Below are positions 22,441 through 34,570 of a stretch of DNA of 64,000 bases, piece after piece. The number at the start of each line of letters is the position of its first letter. The stretch's first letter is position 1. The notes under the pieces are model-generated. The model ran no database searches, was not told the origin of the DNA, and saw nothing but the letters and a program-made list of their open reading frames with translations. This DNA is from Lama glama (lineage: Eukaryota): assembly GCA_028534125.1 (NCBI GenBank), contig CM052816.1:43836001-43900000 (forward strand), read 5' to 3'. Both the position numbers and the translations under genes were made by a program.

Positions 22441-25400
22441 GTTCTGATGTGCCAGTGGGGAGCAGTGATTCTTCTACTTTGACAACTGTGTTTATCTTCT
22501 GGGTGCTGACGTCAGAGGTACTGACCAAGCACATGGCTGCATGAAAGGTGAGGCAAGAATGGCTGTCAGGATGGTCTGTGAACATGCTTTTTCATCTCTA
22601 AAAAGAAAATCTTATTTTTTATGCTGTTGGGCTGGAATAAGAGAACCAGCTATAGTGCTTTTAACTTGAAACATAATTTTTAAAACTTGTACATAGACAG
22701 TAAAAAAAAATGAACTATCCTTGGTGAAATTTTTGATCAAATTAGTTGGCCTAATGTGTCAACAAAATATTGATAAGAAAATTCTGGGTCTTTGTTCACT
22801 CTTCTCTGTAGAGTTTGTTGAATCTTGTGCTTGGAAGTCAAGATCGCAGTAGCTCTTGGAATGGTCTGGATATAAAGATGTGGTCTTAGAGATAAGATTC
22901 ACATCCAAAAAATATTGTCTCAAGCTTTTAGTGCTGTGAGGAAGAAATTAAAAATGTTGATGGAAATAATTGAGCTGTTTCATGAGGCTCTTCTTCAGAT
23001 TCTCACAGGATACTGACATGTGACTATGAATTGGGATTTTACTGTGATTTGTGTATTTTGGAGTAAGCAAGTAGAGAAGACTGAGGGAGGACCTGTCCCT
23101 CTCCCTTCCTCAAATAATGAGCTGCTTGTAGAAGTGCCAGTTTTGCAATTTCCTGCACTTTGAAAATAAACTCTTTTCCAACTACAGCAAGAGCCTCCAT
23201 CCCAGGTTCTTTCCTGCCCTTTCCCCCGGCACCTGTTAGGGGCTCTGCTGCCACTGTCACAGCTCCAACAGCGGGAGGGGGACAACATCTCCTGACCGCC
23301 GCCTTGCTCATTCCACGGAGGCTTCGACTCACCAGCCCCTTCTCTTTCTTGCTCCCCATGTGGACGTGACCCTGCTTGCAGCCTGACTTTCAAAGCTCTA
23401 TGTCCTCAGCACAGGGCAGTGAACAAGACTCAACCCCAGTTAGGGGCAGAGGTCTCGTCCTAACACTCAGCTTGTCCAGCAGCTGTGCTGTCACCAGACA
23501 TTTCTGTCTTGGCCCTTAATACGAAAACAAATTGTGGCACAGCTGTTTTGGAATGAAAATATCACAACCCCAAACTGACAACTGCTATGTGGGTGAATTG
23601 CATCAGAGCAATAATGAGTTAGAATGAAACCGTACTGCCTTCTGATGCAGGTATTTATTTTCCTTCCATCCTTTATTCTTTATGATCTACTCAGAAAGGT
23701 GCCAAGGATGGGGTTTTTTGTTTTGTTTTTATTCTTTTCATTGAACAAAGTGGACTGAAGGTCTCCTGTGCACTGATATTTTAAATTTAAGTCATACTCC
23801 CTGGGTAAATGAATCTACATGGTGAATTGTCTAATTGCTTCTTTGTGGTTCCAGGACCTGGCATAATCCTTGGCACAGAGTAGGTACTTAATCTTTGGGT
23901 CCTTGAATTCTATACTAAACAGAGTTGCTGGAGTACCTGGTATATGTAGGCAACTTGGAGAAACTGTGTAGATTCTATGTCACTTTCAGGAAGACAGATG
24001 AACTGGCATCAGAAAATAGCTGAGAGGCCGCACACAGACCGTTGGATTTCTCTGAGACATTTTCACAAAAGGACAGTCACAGGAAGGAAATTTTATGCCC
24101 CATTCTGGGACCTTCCAAAATGTCACTTTTTAAAGCCTGCTTCTTAGGTTATACAGAAACCCAACAGTAGGAGAGGATCACAAAATTCCATTTAATTCCA
24201 TGGCATACAAGTCGACAATGACTAGGAAAAATAGCTAATAAAATAGAATAATAATTTTGAAAGTGTTTTAGGAAGTTGAGAAGTCCAGAATTAGAAAATA
24301 ACAATTAAATGTGGAAACCGAATGAACTGACAAATTTCATCTAAGTGTGTAATTCCATCCCTGTTTCTGTTTTTGTTTCAGTAGCTGTTTCCTGCTGCCC
24401 TTGTTCACAATGTTGCTGCAATGAACACCTTACCATTGTCTGAGTTATACAAAGTTATGTACAATATAATTTCTGGTGCATGTATGCATGGAATTCTTTT
24501 ATCATTATTATTACTAACAATGAACACAGAAGTCTACATTTATATAATAGTTGACACTTTATTAATCAAAAATGTCGGCAGTGTGAGGGACGTTAGCAGC
24601 TCTCTAAACAAATTCGCTCATTTCACAGACGAGGGAACTGAGTCATAAAGAGGTTAACTTATTGGGTTTTTTTTTTCCCAGGGAAAAATTAACCAAAATT
24701 GTCATTCAAAGTTATGTTTTCTATTATGTGAAAAGTGATTGTCAGTGAGACATTCAAGGTCAGAGTTGATATCTGGCTTTATCTTCTTTTAAAAATGAAT
24801 TTAATGACTTCATTAAAATCTAGGGATATATAAAAGGCAGCAATACTATCACTCAGTTAACAGAGATTTACTTATCAGAATTTCAAACAAGGAATTCATC
24901 AAGCTAAAATTCTTTCCAAAGAACAGAACTGTCATGTATTCAAAGACTATGAGGGCCGTATCTCCCGTCATGCCCTTGAGGGACATTCTGACGACGTATT
25001 CTAGCATGTGGCTGTGCGGAGGCTACTTTTTGTCTCACCTGGCTCCGGTACAGAGATGGACCAAGAGAAAGACAGAATTAAGGATTCCCTCTGCTTTAGA
25101 GAGCTGGTATGCTGAGAGCATCCTGGCATGTCTATTCTGAATCAGGCTTCTGTATTCCCAAGTTAACCTGTCTCGATGTCCTCAAGGCTATTTATCCTTC
25201 CAGCTGTCCTTAAGGCTGAAGGCTGGCCTTGAGAGTAGAGTCGGCTCCCACAGTGGCTCCAGACCCAAGGCTATTCAAAAGAAAAAGCAGAAACAAGTAC
25301 CGGGAGACAAGTGACTAAGACTTTGGCTCAGACATACGCACATACACATTCACACACAACTTACAGAGAGAGACTTACCATGGTAGTGACTTTTTATCTT

Positions 25401-25489
25401 GAATAAAGAATGAAGGTCTTTTTTTTTTTTAATGGCGTAATTAGAATAAAACTGTGTTGACTTTATGGTTCTGTCAAATTGGCCTTTTT

Positions 25490-25860
25490 GATCCTCAAAC
25501 TTGCCAAACTTGTCTTTGTTTCAGGACCTTTGCACCAATTATTCTGCTACTTGAAAGTCTCTCCCTCCATTTTCATGGGGCTTCTTGTCATCATTTGTAA
25601 TTTTCAAATTAAATATCAGCCTCAGAGAGGCTTTTCCTGACCATTCTAAGAAAGGCAACCCATTACTCAGCTCACATCACCCTATTTTAATTCTTTGCAT
25701 TGCATCATGCTCATCAATATCTAATACATTTTATTGTCTACCTTAAAAATGTGTATTCTCTCTTGTGTTTATCTTGGCATAAGACCCCGTGAGGGCGGGA
25801 TCTGGCTTGTTCCCGTATATCCCTTGGCACATAGTAGATGTCCAATAAATACTTGTACAG
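25490..25860 (+). mobile_element. L2a 3' region
   Basis: TCAGGACCTTTGCAC...TCAGAGAGGCTTTTCCTGACCA...CTTGGCACATAGTAGATGTCCAATAAATACTTG. Confidence 0.75.
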
Positions 25861-26849
25861 CTGACAGCTTTGTCATCATCAGAGGTTAAAAAGTTGCTTG
25901 GATTATAACTGGTGTTTCATAAAAAGTTGTTTAACTGAATCTGAGGACTAATAACAGCAGAGGGAATTCCAATAAGGTTCTCTCTCTTTAACTCTCACAA
26001 TTTTCTTTGACATTTTCCTTCCATCTACTAAGTTGGTGTGACATGTCCTTGATAGATTGTCTTAGCTATTAAATCAAAATAATTGATACAAGTTTGGGTG
26101 AGCTTTAGCATTATATTGCAGTTGGATTTTAAGGCTGGGATGGTTTCTACGTATTTTATGATTGATTAAACAATCAGCCAGAATACAATGAAGGGTCAGG
26201 TTTATGATTCCTTTACTTTTTATTTGCTATTCCTCATCTAAAAGCCTAGCCGTATCAGTTTGAGACTAAATGTCATGTTATTTTTATTTCATCATGTTGC
26301 ACATCGCCATTTTCTTTAGTTGTTACTTACATTATTTACCTCTCCTGAATAACAAAGACAGAGGAATGCCACCCAGTTTAATACAGAGTTTAGTTATTGT
26401 GGTTTTGTGATCATAAGCAGAATCAATGACAAGTGAACTAACTTATTTTCATATTAAACTGAATTATAATCATCAAATATCTATTTTGTTGGTGAGTCTA
26501 GTCATCTTCTCAAATAACCTCAGTTGGATAATACTCTACTAAGAACACGTTGTGACAATTGATTCCGAAATGTACTGAGTAACTTACTGGAATATCTGAC
26601 AACAAATCTGTACCAGCTTATGAAAACACTGGATGCAGATGACAGCCCAAGGAATGAAAAGAGCATATTTGGGTAACTATCACACACCCCCATCATCAAA
26701 CCCGAGACTGAGATTGGCACAGACTAAAGAATGTTGCTAAGTCTTAATCTATCATGTCATCATTTTCAAAAAATCCATAACCAACTGCTCGGTCCCCCAA
26801 GACATACTTCCAGGTTCACTCCCGTTCTGCCTGAAACACGTAGCGTGTC

Positions 26850-27150
26850 TGTCACCTGGTCCTGATGCTGTGATTTTTTTTTTGTGCTTGAGCATGACCA
26901 AAAACCATGGGAGATGCCTCTGTCCTCCACTGCATCCTGGACCTCACCGTCCTGCTAGATTTCGCTGACGTTAAACAAAGTGTTTGGGGGTTCAGGAAGG
27001 CTGCGCAGGCGCACTCGCCACACCAGAGGCGGGCGGGTCGCGGCGCGGAGCGTTTCCGCTCGGCCTGTTGGGCTAGACGTGCCAAAATAGCCCCGGAGGA
27101 GCAGCAGCGCCTTTTGAAGTAGCTGGGACGCTTTCCCTGATGTCACTTCT
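26850..27150. promoter_or_regulatory. CpG-rich promoter-like island 2
   Basis: NRF1 motif TGCGCAGGCGCA 27002-27013, GC boxes GGCGGGCGGG, ETS-like TTTCCG, half-CRE TGACG, and a minus-strand donor ACG|GTGAGG (exon end 26948). Confidence 0.7.
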
Positions 27151-28439
27151 CTGGGTTTTAGATCAATGCCTGGAAGATGAATCAGAACATGTGAGGAGAG
27201 TCACCGAGGGGAAATGTGTTGGAAAGGTTGCAGGAGCGAAGCACCCAAGCCCAGAGAAAAGGTGGGGCGAGATGTGCAAGCAGGAAAAAACAAAGGGCTG
27301 AGTCATCGAGGCCTAATTGACAATGGCACAGCTGTGACAACAATTTGCCGGCGGCCTGACCTATTTGATGAAAGGGCCTCTGCTTTCCCTGGAACCTCAG
27401 CGTTGCAGTGGCTCGTAGGAGCACACCACTCGTATTTCCAGCTGGCTCAGCCTCATAAATGCCTCAGCTCACAAGATGACATGTTTAATGCTCTGCAATT
27501 GCTATTCTGCATTGATATTTATTGCGATTCAACATATCCATTAGTGCATCTATCATTGATAAGTTTGTCACTGCTTCAGGAAAACAGTCCATCATGCTGC
27601 ATCAATTTCACTTTACAGGCTATTAATGTACTATAATGCAGCTTGCAATATCACGTGGATATATTTGATTAGAGAGGTGCCAGAGTCAGGTTGAACTGAC
27701 AGTTGCAGGAGGACCCAACATCTTAATTTCTTTATTGTAAAGATGAACAGCCTTGGTGCACAGTGGATGTGTTACTGTAACAGGTGTATCTCTTTCACTT
27801 CCTCAGACAGGCACTGAAAAGAACAAATTTAAGCCATTTATTTTGACTCTGTCTGAAGCACAGCAGACTTCCAATATTTTGTTGACATTTGACATGTTTA
27901 TTCTTTTAGCAGAATCATAATCATGTTTTAATATTTTCTGTAGGAAATTAGCAGCTTTATGCAAGAGACAATGATGGCAAAATGAGTCCAGGAGATAGGA
28001 CCAACTCTGGCTTTCTGAGATAGGGTAAATAAAAAGATGAAAACTTATTAAATAAAACACAGATTTTCAATACATGACTTTGAGATATTTCTGGATGCTG
28101 TAACAATTTCTGTTAACAAAAGGCATCTGTACAACAAATTTTTAATTGTATCAAAATTAACAGTACTTGTGAATACAGACTCTGTTACTTCATTCTGCAG
28201 TTAGAATCTGGCAAACCACTGTTTGTTCGTGAACTCCAGAGGCAAGACTAGTTCAGGACTGCCTGAACTACTTAAACATTTCCGGTCGTGGTCAAACACA
28301 TGAGTTGCTTTTTAAATCTTACTGTACCAATTGCAAAATGTAAAGGAAGACCCACTATGCACTTAGAAAATCTTAGAAATGTTATGAAATCTGCCCACAG
28401 AAATTATTTTTCTAAAAGGGTTATACATGGATAAACCCT

Positions 28440-28980
28440 GCAGTCAGGCAATCGAACCCTTACTGAGCTACTTTTCATATGTGTGGCATTGAGCAAGGCA
28501 ACAATTGTTTCAAGCCTCCGTTTTCTGTATGTTTAATGATGACAGTAAGACCTCTGCATAGGGTTGTTCTCAGAATTAAATGAGGTGCAAATTGTGGTAC
28601 ATCCACACAATGAAATACATGTAGCTGTTGGAAAGATTTAGAAGGCCCTGTATGGAATGTTAGAAAATAATTACCAAGAACTAGCTAGCTTAAAAATATC
28701 TACGATCAGAGTATTATACATACTGTTAAAACACATGATATATAATATATATGCACAGAAAATTTGGGTGAAATATACAAAACATGGAAATGGGTGGGGA
28801 GTAAGGAGAAGAGCAGATCTACTTTTCATATTATGTCCTTTTATACTGTTTGATGTCTTGCTATTGGCTCACATTTTTCTGAATAAATTCAGTTTAATTT
28901 CTTAAAGGGATGTAATTTGTTAAAAAGACTAATATTACTGGCACATACAAGAGCTCATAGATGCCGGCTATTTTGATAAT
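28440..28980 (+). mobile_element. MIR interrupted by an old L1ME 3' fragment (~28590-28905)
   Basis: MIR core (GCCTCCGTTTTCTGTATG...CATAGGGTTGTTCTCAGAATTAAATGAG), then L1 (AAATTGTGGTACATCCACACAATGAAATAC), then the MIR tail (CTGGCACATAC...GCTCATAGATG). Confidence 0.65.
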
Positions 28981-29044
28981 GCTGGTAATGAATGCTTCTT
29001 TTCCACATGAGATGTGATAGACATCTCTCTTGCTGCTCTAATAA

Positions 29045-29578
29045 CTAATGTTCACAGCAGCACTATTTACAAGAGCCAAGACAAGAAAGCAACCTAAATG
29101 TCCATTGACAGATGACTGGATAAAAAAGTTGTGGAACATTACTCAGCCATAAAAAGAAATAAAATAATGGAGATTGTCATACTAAGTGAAATAAGCCAGA
29201 AAAAGAAAGAAAAATATCATATGATATTACTTATATGTAGAATCTAAAAAAAAAAAAAAAACTACAACAAATGAACTTATTTACAAAACAGAAACAGGCT
29301 CACAGACATAGAAAACAAACTTATGGTTACGGGGTTGAGGGAAGCAGTGGAAAGGGATAAATTGGGAGTATGGGATTTTCAGATACTAACTACTACGTAT
29401 AGAATAAACAAGGTCCTACTGTATAGCACAGGAAACGGTATGCAGTACCCTGTAATAGCCTATAATGAAAAAGAATATGAAAAGGAATATATATAATGTG
29501 TATGACTGAATCACTATACTGTATACCAGAAATTGATACAACATTGTGAATCAACTATACCTCATTTAAAAAAAAAAA
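29045..29578 (+). mobile_element. 5'-truncated L1 (cetartiodactyl type) with poly(A) tail
   Basis: AATGTTCACAGCAGCACTATTTACAAGAGCCAAGAC...AAATGAACTTATTTACAAAACAGAAACAGGCTCACAGAC...CAAGGTCCTACTGTATAGCACAGG, ending in an A run. Confidence 0.95.
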
Positions 29579-29639
29579 CTCATGAAAAGTTCGACTCCGA
29601 GATTAAATAAGGTGCTGCATAGGAACAGACGGATTTTCA

Positions 29640-30055
29640 AGGTCCGAGTGACAAACGTCTCCAAGTGTGGGGACGCTGTAAACTCAGGAGGCACCAGTAG
29701 TACGACTGCTTTACGAACACGGCGCACGGGTGAGGAAGGCGGCTGGTCCCGTCTGCTCGTCCCAGTCACGGGGCTCTGGAAGCTTGTGCCCCGACCGGGT
29801 TTCCCACGTTAGGAGGGACGTGACACGTTGGAGCGGGTAAGGAGGAGGCGGGCCAGGACAGCAGAGGGAGCAGAGTCCACACCAACGCGAGTAGTTCGTG
29901 GAGCTGAGGGCCTGGGAAAGTCAATGAGAGCGGCCCCTCGTAATGACAGCTCGAGGGCTGCCACGCAGAAGAGGGATTCAGCTTAATCTCTGATAGTTTC
30001 CGAGGGCAGAACCGGGACCACTGAGTAGAAGTTAAAAGGAGACATATTTCAGCTT
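29640..30055 (+). mobile_element. L3/CR1 LINE ORF2 3' fragment, unusually CpG-rich
   Basis: TTAGGAGGGACGTGACACGTTGGAGCGGGTAAGGAGGAGGCGGGCCAGGA and GAGGGCAGAACCGGGACCACTGAGTAGAAGTTAAAAGGAGACATATTTCAGCT are collinear with the CR1/L3 3' end. Confidence 0.65.
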
Positions 30056-31287
30056 CCTGCCGTGGCTAAAACCCCGCATGCCATGATTTATAGCAGCAGA
30101 TGCCACCCCAGGCAAGGAGAGACTTTTCTGTTAAATTCTGAAGACAAAATGTACCAGGGCATCTGGATTCTCACAAGGATAATGTCCCGAACGTAAACTG
30201 AATAAATAACCCCTGCAGATGGACACACGGAGCGGGGGGACGTGGGTCTGCGGCCGAGCTCCCCGCGTGTCCGCTGGAGCACAGCCTCTCTCAGCCCTGC
30301 CTCGTCCGTGCTGTAGCCCCGTGGCTTCATTCTGCCATCGCAGCCTACAGAGTGGGACGCTGGACATCACTGACCGCTGATGCTGGATTGGTCTCCTTGC
30401 CTCCAAACGCTTCCTTTTTTAATCCTCTGTGACCTCATGGCCGTGCACTTATTCTTACGCTGCTGTATTTAGCTTCTGCCTGGCGTCGACGTTAGTTGGT
30501 TGAGAATTGTTTCTTCTCACAAAAATGTAAGCTCCTTGAGGGTTGGCACAGTATGTTTTTGCGTCCTGGTATTTCAGACGAGAGCAAGCTTCCGTGGATT
30601 GAATCACACCCCTTTGCGAAGAGTAAATGAGGGTAATTACAGATTTAAATGTAGATTTAAAGGGTTTTTTGCAAGCTATTCATCAGCTCTTTCTGGCCCT
30701 TAGTTTTGCTGGAGAATATCTGTCTCTAATGGTCATAAGCAACAAGGAAATATAGAGCACACAACTGGAAGAGGATTTTTAGAACATAATGCATATGCAA
30801 ACCTGTATATTATTCTTCAGGGTTTCTGGGATTTGGCTTACAGATACTTTCAGAATTGTCCATGCATGATATTCCAAATGGTTTGCAATCATAGTTGCAT
30901 AGGGACTGACCAATAGTGTCTTTAATGCGGAAGTGGAGTTCAGGGGTCCACTACTGCCCCAGGCGTGAACTCTTTGACTGTGGGGAACTCCATCAGCCCT
31001 GGAAGCACCAATGAGCAGAGGCAAACCTCAGGACACTCAGCCTATGGTCGGTAGTCAAACTGTTTTCCTGCCAGTAACTGAGTCTTGTTGGTGCGTCCAT
31101 CACCCTTTCAGACCAGTGAGGTCTTAGGGGTATCAGGGCTTTTTGATAGACAGCCTCATTTTTTCTCTCTAGCTTCTTGTACCCTGTTTAAAAGTGTATT
31201 TGAGAGGTTTCGTAACCACTTCACTTACATGAGGAAAGCAGGATAGGATTTTAGCCTATGCATCCAAAGAGTGGGATCTCTGAGAAC

Positions 31288-31387
31288 GTGGGGAGTATAG
31301 CTCAATGGCAGAGCAAGTGCTTGATATGCACAAGGTCTGGGGTTTGATCCCCAGTGTCTCTGTTAAGGGAAAAAAATAAAAATAAAA
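31288..31387 (+). mobile_element. tRNA-derived SINE (camelid vic-1 type)
   Basis: GGGGAGTATAGCTCAATGGCAGAGC (A box), GGTTTGATCCCC (B box), A-rich tail; degenerate TSD 31266-31283 vs 31385-31402 (15/18 identical). Confidence 0.85.
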
Positions 31388-34149
31388 GTGTGAGACCTCT
31401 GAATCAGGATCAAATGGTACAGTGAACTACACTAAATGTTTGCCCTAGATTTCCAAAAATAAAGCTCAGATCTGAAAATCTAGCACATTAAAAATAGTCT
31501 GTATCTATTAGAAACACTTTTTTTCCCAAAACTCAATTTTTTTTTCAAGGAATGAAAAGCAAATATACCAATGGGAAGGAAAAGACATGACTTCTAAAAT
31601 TTCACAGATCAAGTTGTTCATAGGATTATTCTTAAAATCTTACAAGAAATCTTTCTGACACTCATTAGACAAATTTCATGCATTTTTGTTTATTAAGCAT
31701 GTGCTCTGCCAGCCAGCCATCGTCCTGCTTGTGGGCTGGACAAACACAGACCAGACAAGGCAGTCTAGACAGGGGCTGGGGGGCCACTGCCTGGGCAATC
31801 GGCATTTCTTCATGACGCTTACATGAATTGTTATTTTCACAATTGTTTGTTCAATTCTTAAAATGTCTGTCATCTGAGCTGTGACTCCAAGAAGGCAGGA
31901 ACCTTCTCTGTCTTGTCCTCTAACAAGACCACACCCAGAACAGTGATGGCATGTGGTAGGTGTTCAGAAATTGCTGAGTGGATGAATTAGTAGATGAGCA
32001 AATTACTATATTTCGAAGCACAGTAATAGAAGTGTTAGGAAAGAAGTACCCACAAAGCACTGGGATTCAAAGACAGACACCTTTGAGATGAGATCAGAAT
32101 TAGTGAATGTGTTGTTTGTGGTAGCCACTCAATTTTCGTGTTACATGCACAGGAACTTGATCAGGTGGAGACAGTATGCTCACCTTCATCCTAATACCTT
32201 GTAAAATGAGGGTTTTCCATTTCAGTCCCCCAAATGTCTCACAGGGTGAAGGGACATGTGACAAACAATGCTTTATGGTTATCTCAACTTGCACCCACCT
32301 GTAGAGCCTGTTTAGTCACTGTCACCGTCCTTCCCAGCAGTGGGGCGAGGGGTGATCTTTGCTTGTATTTACGGATGACAGAGCCACAGGTATTTCAAGC
32401 CCTGTGCATGAGTGTAGACCACAAGATCAATGGAGCCCCGCAGAGAGTTCCACAGGCGCAGTGTGAATGACTCAGTCCTTTCCCAGCCTAGGAGCTGCTG
32501 GTGGGGAATCCTTTCGCTGTTAGCACTCCCACTTGCACGTTCACTCCTGGGCAGTGTGACAGTATTTCTCTAGTGCGAGCCACCCCATTCTGCCCACATG
32601 CACTCCTGTTGCTACCCAGAAAATGACAGCTTTTCCACATTGCCTCTGTGGTGCCTCACAGCATCCCCATCACTTGTGATCAGCAGCTTTAGCTCCCCTT
32701 TCCGCTGTTCCTTTAGCATCTGTCTCTGTCGGTCCTCCTCACACTCTTAGCTCTGCAGTCTTTGGTGGCAACCGGCTTGGTTTTGATGTCAGTTGGCTTG
32801 CAGAGTAGGAACTCAGCATTGATGACTCCATCTTGTAGCTGGAGATTACACACAGTTTTTATTGAGGAAATGAACACACGAGATCCTGAACTGGGGTGTG
32901 ACTCTGGAAATGCCGTTCTCTGCAGGCCTGGTCAAGCCAAGAAATTTGGGGCGATCCCATTTACTCAGTTAGTTGTTTGGTACCGTGTATATCAGTGCAT
33001 TCTTTGGAAGGATCTCATTAGCTCTGAACTGTCTATAGATATTCTGAATATGTGCTAATCCTCTGGTGCATGTAGACTTCTGATTTAGGGATGACCAACA
33101 CCTTGTAGCTTTCACAATTGTGATTACTGATTCATTCTTTTTGGAGATTAATCAATGCATATTGATGGTCATTGAACTTTAGAAATTCACAACCTAATGA
33201 TACGAAAGATGATCTGATGAATTTTCAAGTGGCATTTCCATGTTTTTATTACATCTTCTAGCATAGTTAGCTAAAAGCACACTTCAGTTTCTAGTATCAT
33301 TTTTATATCAAACTTAGGGGCCACACTAAATCTAAGTCAGAAAGCAATACCACTAATAGCTAGACTGTCTAGAAATGTTGGCTGAGGTACATATAGATAC
33401 ATATCTGTAATGTTATATTTAAAATTTTCTTTAAAAAACTCATTTTGTGATTCCTAATGATCACATTGATTAAAATCTACTTTCAGTCATAATAAGAAAC
33501 AGTTAATAATTATTGTGAAAAGTGAAGTCTTTGATTTGAAAGATCAGGATTATACATTTTTCTGGAGAATTTTAAGAATTTCTCAATTTTCTCTTTTTTC
33601 TACTTGAATTCAGTACAGTGAATAAAGTGTGCAGTTGTTCGGCAGCTGACAATTGTAGTTGTTTTGTCTGTTAAGGTATGTTTGGCTTGGGTAAGTGTCA
33701 ATGATAAGCCCAAATGCCGGCTTTTGATTTATTTCCGTAAGCCATACTATCTCTTTAATATCGAACTATAAACATATGTAACATTGTGAAAAAGGCTAAA
33801 TATGCAGTTTTTTCATCTACTGAAAGTTCTTCCTTTGGCCTGGCATTGAATGTCTTACTTATATTAGCCTGGCCTCTTTGGGTTTAAGTCCAGTGGATAT
33901 TCATTTAATCTATATCCGCTTAACCACTTCTCTAGATTGATCGATGCCCTGTACTTTCCCTGTAAAATGCACCGATGCCCACATCATGTTAAATGCAGGT
34001 GTTAGACGATTATTCTCTTTCGTGCTTGAACACCTTTTCTCCTACTGGTGAGCTGAATGCTTAATAAGGATGAGCTGTGTCTGTTTTGTTTTCAAACCTT
34101 TTTATGCCTGTTGTAGTATTATAATTTTGTAATTTAATTTCATACCTGT

Positions 34150-34570
34150 TTCCTGATGAATTAGTGAGAAAAAGAGTTGTGGGTATTGAAACACTTTGGA
34201 AAACGTGGTAGGGGCAAATCATTAAAACCATATTGCTCAGGAGTCAGGTGTTGTAAGACAACTATGAATCAGGGGGAAAAATCTTTAAAATTTGGTATGA
34301 TTACGTACCCAGATTGCTTTACAATTGGCTGAAAACCCCCATTTTACTTTGAATGAGGTTAAATTAGAAATCATAATTATTGTATCTTAGCTGTGGTTTG
34401 CACAAGAGTAACAGCGGAAGTTCCCATTAGCAGACCTAAAAATAATTGGAAAATATGTGTACATTTTTATATCTTGAGTTAAAGGGTTTGACGTGTCCAT
34501 GACCTCTGTGATTTCCTACTTGAAGAGCTTTTTTAAATTAACCAACCGTCTCCTGGTCTAGATCCTTTTG
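34150..34570 (+). mobile_element. Tigger (Tigger13a-like) transposon remnant, CENP-B-type HTH region, decayed
   Basis: ATTGCTCAGGAGTCAGGTGTTGTAAGACAACTATGAA...CCCAGATTGCTTTACAA...CTGTGGTTTGCACAAGAG...CCCATTAGCAGACC. Confidence 0.65.

Noticed and set aside
22995..23393. 132-aa and 106-aa minus-strand ORFs in a GC-rich patch
   Set aside because: Several frames are open because GC-rich DNA has few stops; no family resemblance.
27214..27636. 140-aa ORF beside promoter 2
   Set aside because: No recognisable protein; it overlaps a motif-rich block better explained as a non-coding element.
31288..31365. tRNA gene candidates here and at ~51535-51606
   Set aside because: A-rich tails, TSDs and imperfect cloverleaf stems show they are SINEs.
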